Positions 55,523-64,000 of a stretch of 64,000 bases of DNA are shown in pieces. The stretch lies in the NCBI RefSeq assembly GCF_009914755.1, contig NC_060937.1; one strand, 5' to 3'. The translations under genes were made by a program, and so were the position numbers. Within the stretch, counting starts at the first letter, position 1, and each line of letters starts with the position of its first letter. The notes beneath the pieces are model-generated. The model had not been told where the DNA came from. It did no database searches and worked only from the letters and a program-made list of their open reading frames with translations. The stretch is from the human T2T-CHM13v2.0 reference genome, Homo sapiens.

Positions 55523-57406
55523 TTCACCTTCTTACTGATTCAGTCTTGGGAGGGTGTATGTGTCCAGGAATGTATCCATTTCTTCTAGATATTCTAGTTC
55601 ATTTGCATAGAGGTGTTTGTAGTATTCTCTGATGGTTGGTTGTATTTCTGAGGAGTCAGTGGTGATATCCTCTTTAACATTTTTTATCGTATCTATTTGA
55701 TTCTTCTCTCTTTTCTATTAGCCTAGCTAGTGGTCTATTTGTTAACTTTAAAAAAAAAAAACAGCTTCTGGATTCATTGATTTTTTGAAGGGTTTTTTGT
55801 GTTTCTATCTCCTTCAGTTCCACTCTGATCTTGTTTATTTCTTTTCTTCTGCTAGCTTTGAGTTTTATTTGCTCTTGGTTCTCTAGTTTTTTTTAGTTGT
55901 GATGTCAGGGTGTTGATTTAAGATCTTTCTAGCTTTTTGATGTGGGCATTCAGTGTTATAAATTGCCTTCTTAACACAGCTTTAGCTGTGTGGCAGAGAT
56001 TCTGCTACACTGTTTCTTTGTTCTCATTGGTTTCAAAGAACTTCGTGATTTCTGCCTTAATCTCATTATTTACCCAGGAGTCATTCGGAAGCAGGTTGCT
56101 CAATTTCCACGTAGTTGTGTGGTTTTTGAGTGAGTCTCTTAATCTTGAGTTCTAATTTCACTGTGCTGTGGTCTGAGAGACTATTTGTTATGATTTCAGT
56201 TATTTTGCGTTTGCTGAGAAGTGTTTTACTTCCAATTATGTGATTGATTTTAGAGTAAGTGTCATGAGGTACTGAGAAGAATGTATATTCTGTTGTTTTG
56301 GGGTGGAGAGTTCTGTAGATATCAGGTCCGCTTGATCCAGAGCTGAGTTGAAGTCCTGAATGTTTTTGTTAATTTTCTGTATCGATGATCTTTCCAATAT
56401 TGATGGTAGGGTGTTAAAGTCTCCTGCTTTTATTGTGTGGGAGTCTAAGTCTCTTTGTATGTCTCTAAGAACTTGTTTTACGAGTCTGGATGCTTCTATA
56501 TTGGGTACGTATATATTTAGGATAGTTAGCTCTTCCTGTTGAATTGAATCCTTTACCATTATATAATGCCCTTCTTGGTCTTTTTTGATCTTTGTTGGTT
56601 TAAAATCTGTTTTGTCAGAAACTAGGATTGCAATCCATGCTTTTTTCTGCTTTCCATTTGCTTGGTAAATTTTCCTCCATCCCTTTATTTTGAGACTATT
56701 TTGAGGCTTTGCACATGAGATGGGTCTCTTGACAGTAGCACACTGATGGGTCTCAACTTTTTATCCAGCTTTCCATTCTGTGTCTTTTATCTGGGGGCAT
56801 TTTGCCCATTTACATTTAAGTTTAATACTATTATGTGTGAATGTGATCCTGTCATCAGGATGCTAGCTGGTTATTTTGCAGACTTGTTAATGTAGTTGCT
56901 TCACAGTGTCATTTGTCTTTGTACTTCAGGGTGTTTTTGTAGTGGCTGGTAACAGTTTTTCCTTTCCATATTTAATGCTTCCTTCAGGAGCTCTTGCAAG
57001 GCAGGCCTGGTGGTGGTGGATTCCCTCAGCGTTTGCTTGTCTGAAAAGGATTTTATTTCTCCTTAGCTTATGAAGCTTAGTTTGGCCAGATATTAAATTC
57101 TGTGTTGGAAATTCTTTTCTTTAAGAATGTTGAATATTGGCCCCCAGTCTCTTCTGGCTTGTAGGGTTTCTGCTGAAAGATCCACTGTTAGTCTGATGGG
57201 CTTCCTTTTGTAGGTGACCTGGCCTTTCTCTCTTGTTGCCCTGCTTTTCATCAGTCTCCGTGGGTTGCATCAACTGCCTAGTCAGTCCTAATGAAAGAAC
57301 CTGGATACCTCAGTTGCTGGTGTAGGATTCACTCACTGTTTTCATTCTTCTCAGTGGGAGCCTCTGACTGTAGCTGTTTCTAGTTGGCCATCTTGGCCCC
57401 TCCCTT
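55523..57406 (-). mobile_element. L1PA8-type 5' half: 5' terminus, internal deletion, end of ORF1, ORF2 endonuclease region; 3' half absent
   Basis: Minus start GGGAGGGGCCAAGATGGCC; peptide MVKDSIQQEELTILNIYVPN..GDFNT; ends against a MIR at ~55523. Confidence 0.92.
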
Positions 57407-57416
57407 CTACAGTTTT

Positions 57417-57743
<327 letters not shown>

Positions 57744-57989
57744 CTACATTTTTTTTTAATGTAGGGGTTTTGTTTACAAATGAAACTACAGCTCTTTTTT
57801 TTAAAGACATTTCTTATTAAAGGAAAACAAGAACTAATTAAACTTTTTCTAAGCAAATGTGTTCTACTACAGCTCGTTAGTGAGAACATGAAGCTGGGGG
57901 TGCCATTAATGCAGAAGGAGATTATTATCCATCTGAGTGTGGGGGAGCTAAGTGTATCTTGCTGCTCTATTTTCTGCTACTTTTTGTTT

Positions 57990-60830
57990 TTGCTTTTTGT
58001 TTTGGTTTTGAGAGTTCATGTTATTTGCCTGTTTGTTTGAAAAGTCATACATGTTCATGGCAAAAACTCACATAGAAATTGAGTAAACCTTTAAGTCTCC
58101 TGTCCACCACAATTTTTTTTTCTGTTAGTCTCTTCCAGGAGACAACTATTATTTACTAGTTTCCCAGAGATATTCCATGCTTGTATGAATGTGTGTCTGT
58201 GCATATCCTTTTAAGAAAAATCACAAGTGGTGGTATAATGTACACATTGTAAAATGTACTTTGCATTTTTTTACCTGATTATATTATTTCATGATAATCT
58301 TTCCTTTCCAGTTCAACTTCTCACATTTTCTGAAGTTAATAATTATCTTGGTTTATTGTTTACTTACTCTTCTATGAACTTGTTATAAATGTAATGCCTA
58401 GAACCTTGCCAGTTGTCTAAATGTCTTCTACATCTATTCAGCCCATCAAATATCCTAACAGTGTTATCTTCTGGAGGCTTCAGATCTGTTCCTTTACGAA
58501 CTGGTTGTCTTTTGTACCTAGTACGAGCTATCATCCTGGGATTGATTTTCATCATAATTTTGGGGATTCCATTGCCTCTCTTTTGTGTGTCTATATTTCT
58601 CCTTTCCCTTTCTTTCTACTTATTGGTTTACTCCATCATTTTGGTGCTGGATATTCACTCTCCTGAGGAAAAAAAATTGGATAGAATGTAAATTTTTGAG
58701 ATGTTGAACATCTGAAAATGTCATCATTTTATGTTCACATTAGATTGATAGTTTTACTGATAGTTGGTGTACAGAAAAAGAGTTAACCTAGTAAGCCTGA
58801 TAATGCTGCCCTTGGAAAGGCCTCCTTGCAGGGTTGTCCCTTAACTGTTGTCCGGGAACTTGGATTGTAAACAGTTCCTTACACTGATATAAACCTTCCT
58901 GGAATGATAAGAGTGCTTTACTATTCCTAATTTATTTGTGCAAACGATATGGTTTATGCGGAACACCTGCTTTCCTTTTGGGAAAATTCTATTTGGAATT
59001 TTGGTACATGCTAGGCTGAGGGTGCCTACATGACCAGTCCCCAGTGGGGGGAAAAAAAACAAAAACAAAAACACAAATGTGGGCAGTGCATCTCTAATGA
59101 GCTTTTCTGGTAGACAACATTTCACTCTTGGTATCACAATTAATTGCTGGAAGAGTTAAATATGTCACTTGTGACACCACTGGGAGAGGACTCTTGGTAG
59201 TTTCAAGCCTAGTATCCTCAGGACTTCATCCCATAGTGATTTTTTCCCTTTGTTGATTTTGTTTTGTGCCCTTTCACTGTTATAAACCATAGCAGTTAGT
59301 GCAACTATATCCTGAGTGCTGTGAGTTCTAGTGAATTGCAGAATCTGGGGAGGTGGTCTTGGGGATGCTCTGACATAGTTGGTCATTGTTTTCCTTTAGA
59401 ATGCTTTTGGCATTTTCCACCGCCTTCTATCTTCCATGTGTTGAGAAGTCAGAAGTCAATCTTACCTCTGACCTTTGTATATAATATTCTCTCTCTCTCT
59501 CCTTCTCTCAAACCTTTTACAATCTTCACTTTGTTGTCAGTGTTCTGAAGTGCCGGAATGTCATGATGATGTGCCTTGAGTTCCTTGGTGAGTGTTTATA
59601 TTAATCTACTCTGCTGGTCTCTTAATTGCTCCTTGTAATCTAGGAGCCTTTGTCATTTATAAATGGAAAATTTTCACAAATTACTTGTTGATGATTTCCT
59701 TCCTTCAATTTTCTCTATTCTCTATTTGGATTCCTTTGTTTGGATATTGAAACTCTAGATCTAGTCTTCTAATATTCTTGCTTTTTCCCCCCTGCTATTT
59801 TCCATGTCTTAGTCTAATTTCATATGCATTTCTTGGGCTTTATTTTGCAAATCTTCTATGGCTTTTAAAAATTATTCTGTAATATTTTTAATTTATAAAA
59901 GCTCTTTTTTTGTTCTCAGAATGCTATTTTAATGATATTCTTTTTTTCTATGAGGATAGTAGTGACAGTTATTTTGAAATTATTTTGCCCCAGAGAAGTC
60001 TGTTCCTTCCAGGTGCACTATGGATACATGATTCTTTTGGTCCTTTTTATGTTAGAAACTTTATTCAGATGTCTGCCAATCCTTGGCTATATATTCAAAT
60101 TTAAGATTTGGGCAAAAAGAAGATCTGAAATCTCAGAACTAGTGTGCTTTACTTTATAACTCTCTAACTGTGGTTTCCCTGTAGAGTGTCTGGCCAGGTA
60201 ATTTCCTTGTGATGTCTACTGGTGAGAATTTCTTTCATTTTTTTCGGCTACTCAAGAGTCCTTGGAGGAACTGAGTGGCAAAAGGAAGTGTGTGTTCCCT
60301 CATTCTGGATATAAATATGTACTTAATCTTCATCACAGTTCCATCTTCAACTCTGGTTACCACCCCCAGTACAAAAACCACCTGTTTTATGCTTTCCAAG
60401 TATACAAGGTAACTCCAGTATTGAGAAGGAGAAAAATTTGGGGATCTGGTCATTCCTCAATTCCTTTTTTTTTTTTTAAGCTCATCAGTTCTACTTGCAG
60501 AGGTAATTGTCAGCTTCTGGAACTTTTAATGTTTCTGTATATTAAAAGAAACATTAATAAATGTTATAAATTGGATTATTTCTTAGTTTTCCCCGTTATT
60601 GGCCACTAGTGAGTCACTTAGCTTTTCCTAGCATTGGCTATTAAAAGAGAGCTTTCTTAATCATCTGCTTTCCAGCTACCAAAATTTGTTGCTATATCTT
60701 CTCTTACTCTCCTTGTCCTTTTAAGTTTATGACTTAAAAAAAAAAAATCCTTACTGTTGTCCTAGAGAGATTTTTGGTGAGCACGAAAGAAAATGTATAT
60801 GGTTAAAGTGCCATCTTAATCCAGAATTTC
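57990..60830 (-). mobile_element. Highly degraded ancient L1M fragments
   Basis: T-rich; tctgaaaatgtcatcattttatgttcac; gttgagaagtcagaagtcaatct; split by an LTR. Confidence 0.5.
58768..59377 (+). mobile_element. ERVL-class solo LTR (MER68/MER77-like)
   Basis: tgtacagaaaaagagttaacc..cttgtgacaccactgggagaggactcttgg..tcttggggatgctctgacata; TSD gttgg on both sides. Confidence 0.82.
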
Positions 60831-61029
60831 TGATACTCTTAAAGCATGCCTAACTATGTATTTTACCTTTGAATCTCCAGTGCCTAGAACAATATCTGGT
60901 GAATATTAGGCCCTCAATATATATTTATTGAATATATATGTGTATTATGTCTGTATGTGTAAATATATATTGATGTGTATGTGTACATACACATATATTT
61001 ATATATAAGTATATACTAAATATACATAG

Positions 61030-62140
61030 CTATAATTTTATCTGGTTTCCAGTGAAAGAAATACAACTAATAAAAAACTAAAAAAGAGAAACTAAATAAA
61101 TAAATCTAAAAGGGAATTTATTGACCTATGTGACTGGGAAACAAAGAGGTAGATCTTGCTCCAAGCAAAAATGGATGTAGGGACTCTAATGAAATAATCA
61201 GATCGCTTGATTTCTCTGTGTTTTGGCGTTATTCCCCTCTGTGTTAGTCTGTTCTCGGACTGCTATGAAGAAATACTCCAGACTGGGTAATTTATAATGG
61301 AAAGAGGTTTAATTGACTCACAGTTCTGCATTGCTGGGGAGGCCTCAGGAAACTTACAATCATGGTGGAAGGCAAAGGAGAAGCAGGCACCTTCTTTACA
61401 GGGTGGCAGGACAGAGTGACTGCAAGCAGGGGAAACTCCAGATGCTTATAAAACTATCAGATATCGTGAGACTCATGCATTATCATGAGAACTGCATGGG
61501 GGAAACTGCCCCCATGATCCAATTACCTCCACCTGCCTCTGCCCTTGACATGTAGGGAATTATGGGGATTACGGGGATTACCATTCAAGATGAAATTTTG
61601 GGTGGGGATACAGCTAAGCTGTATCACCCCCTTTATAGACATAGAGCAAGCAGGGTAATTTATATCCTTTTCTCATGGTTCTAAAAGCAAGCTTCCTTTT
61701 CTTCCAGCACTGAATTGAAAAATCTCAGATATAAACTTTTGTTGACCGATTTGAGAAACGTGTCTACTCCTGAACCAATCAGGGTGGCTGGGAAAATGAA
61801 ATACATAGGCTTTACATACTGTGGTCCATGGGCCAAATCTGGCCTGTCATCTTTTTAATTTTTTTTAAATACCACAGGATAAGAATAAGTTTTTCACATT
61901 TTTTAATGGTTACATTAGTTTTTTTACATACCTCTATAATATCTTCCATTTTGTCTTTTTTGGTCATGAAAGCCTAAAATATTTACCATGCAATTTGCTA
62001 TGATTGGCTGAGTCTTGGTATGATGGATCATGTACACACTTCTGGTTGGATAGATGAGATACAATGATTGCAGGCTCAGTAGAAACAAATGTTTATAGTG
62101 GAGGAGTTAGTTTTCCAAATAAAGTATACATGCTGAACAG
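61030..62140 (-). mobile_element. Old MLT1-type LTR split by THE1 and a MER58-like hAT fossil (~61805-61990)
   Basis: aaagggaatttattgacctatgtgactg; ctactcctgaaccaatcag; ggtccatgggccaaatctggcctg. Confidence 0.5.
61240..61626 (-). mobile_element. THE1 (THE1C/D-like) solo LTR
   Basis: gactgggtaatttata..aattgactcacagttc..ggaaactgcccccatgatccaattacctcc; TSD ccctc/ccccc. Confidence 0.9.
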
Positions 62141-62500
62141 GCAAAATGCCACAAATAGTAATTATTCCTGAGGATTAAAAGCTTTTCCTATTAATGGTGC
62201 AAATCCAAATACATGTTCATGTGGGTGTTATATAGTTAAAACAGTTTCTCTCCATTCTTCCAACAACTTGAGAGCTATCATAGCTGCAGGAATTTTGTGA
62301 AAAACTTAATTTATGTCTAATTCTAAGACTAAAGCAATGTATGCTAGTCTAAGATGAGGCAGTCTTTAGGTTGGGTAGAATAATATTTGCATCAGTTTTC
62401 AAGCTACATAATGAAAGAGATAACTAGCCATTTGATATGGATCCATTTATTCATTATTCATTTAACAAACATTTCTTGATAAAATGTTAGTGTCTAGTTA

Positions 62501-62663
62501 CCACCTAGTTACCTTCTTCCCTACACTAGTAACTATATTTATCAATTTTTGTTATATCTCCACTGTTTCTTTTATAAAATATAAGTAAACACACACACAT
62601 ATACACACATGTGTACACATACGCACACACATACATATATATAAACTCGTGTGTGTGTGTGTG

Positions 62664-62701
<38 letters not shown>
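62501..62701 (-). repeat. Inverted copy of 63599-63780
   Basis: ccacctagttaccttcttccc..ccactgtttcttttataaaatataagtaaacacacacacat is the reverse complement of the right arm. Confidence 0.9.
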
Positions 62702-62706
<5 letters not shown>

Positions 62707-62959
62707 ATTACATCTGGGGTTTTCATTTGAAAACCTCAGGAACTAAGCTTATATACTTCCAGTCATTTTAGCCTCCCATAAAGTTTAGTTGTACCTTTAA
62801 ATAAATATGTTGACTCAGTCTGACCTTTGAGAGTCAGGATCATAAGAAGATTCAGGTCCAATTACAGAACTCGGTAACAGTTAAAATTTCACTTTCATTC
62901 TCCAGAGATATTCCTTCATAAATAATGTATACATATTCATTTACCCTCTGACCCACTTA

Positions 62960-64000
62960 AAATCTATCTCACAGCAAAATACTAAATGTCCTTTGCACAA
63001 GACTATTCATAGAAACCTTATTTATAATTGCAATGGAAAAGTCCATTAATAAGGAACTGGTTGAAGAAAATTATGGTTTATTCACTCAATGAAGGCTAAA
63101 AAAGCAAATAAAAAGGGGATGAATAGGATATCAATATGCTAATATAGCATTGATATGGTTTGGCTGTGTACCTACACCAATCTCATCTTCCGTTGGAGCT
63201 CTCATAATTCCCACGTGTCATGGGAGGCACTGGGTGGGAGGTAATTGAATCATAGGGGCAGGTCTTTCCTGTGCAGTTCTCGTGATAATGAATAAGTCTC
63301 ATGAGATCTGATGGTTTTATAGAGGGGAGTTCCCCTGCACATGCTTGCTTGTCTGCCGCCCTGTAAGGTATCCCTTTGCTCTTCCTTTGTCTACTGCCAT
63401 GATTGTGAGGCCTTCCCATCCGTATGGAACTGTGAGTCCATTAAACCTCTTTCCTTTATAAATTAACTAGTCTCAGGTAAGCAGACTAATACAAGAAGAC
63501 TAATACAAAATAGTATTTTTCAGTAAAATAAGCAAAATGAAAAAGAGTATTCATAGTAAGATATTTCACTGTCAGAAATGGGAAAGGCAATTTGGTGTCT
63601 ATATATATATGTGTGTGTGTATATGCATATACACACACACAGGTATACATATGTGTGCATATATATGCATGTGTATATATGTGTGTGTGTTTACTTATAT
63701 TTTATAAAAGAAACAGTGGAAATATAACTTCGAAATTGATAAATATACTTACTTGCATAGGGAAGAAGGTAACTAGGTGGAGGAAACAAAGATGTTATTG
63801 AGATTTCTGTGAATGTACCTTGTTATACAGTTTTCTTTCTAGAACCCTGTAGAAGTTTTTACATAATTAAAAATAGTAAGTTCAATAGAGAAGAAAATGC
63901 AATCTCTAAAAATCGGAGGGGGGAGTAAAAAAGCAAATAAACCTAACTACCGAACTTATCTTATGTTAAGTTGACATAAACACACAGAAAATAATTATTT
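62960..64000 (+). mobile_element. Old L1ME/MC 3' region, split by THE1
   Basis: ttcatagaaaccttatttataattgca; gtccattaataaggaactggttg; tgaatgtaccttgttatacag. Confidence 0.6.
63151..63493 (+). mobile_element. THE1B-like solo LTR
   Basis: tgatatggtttggctgtg..aagtctcatgagatctgatggtttta..gtgagtccattaaacctc..gactaataca. Confidence 0.9.

Overview
Primate (most likely human) AT-rich, repeat-dense non-coding DNA. I cannot identify any cellular protein-coding exon, RNA gene or CpG island; the listed ORFs are transposon remnants or chance frames. The main structure (9.6-19.1 kb) is a composite. A + strand L1PA8/10-type LINE, lacking both ends and carrying a sense LTR12 solo LTR in its 5'UTR plus a nested L1 3' fragment, is fused tail-to-tail to a - strand class I ERV half-provirus (HERV15/LTR15-like; 5'LTR, tRNA-Pro PBS, gag, partial protease, deleted RT core, RNase H with an AluY just upstream). 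A second, inverted L1 5' half lies at 55.5-57.4 kb. The rest is Alus (one very young, AluYe5-like), MIR, L2, old L1M, MaLR/ERVL LTRs and DNA-transposon fossils. The unexplained structure is three loci with locally templated inverted copies tied to TA/TG microsatellites (30.1-30.5, 38.45-38.7, 62.5-63.8 kb). I found no convincing new biological system; the best leads are the convergent LTR12-L1/ERV cassette and the template-switch clusters. Repeat names are recalled from consensus sequences, not searched, and boundaries of old repeats are approximate.
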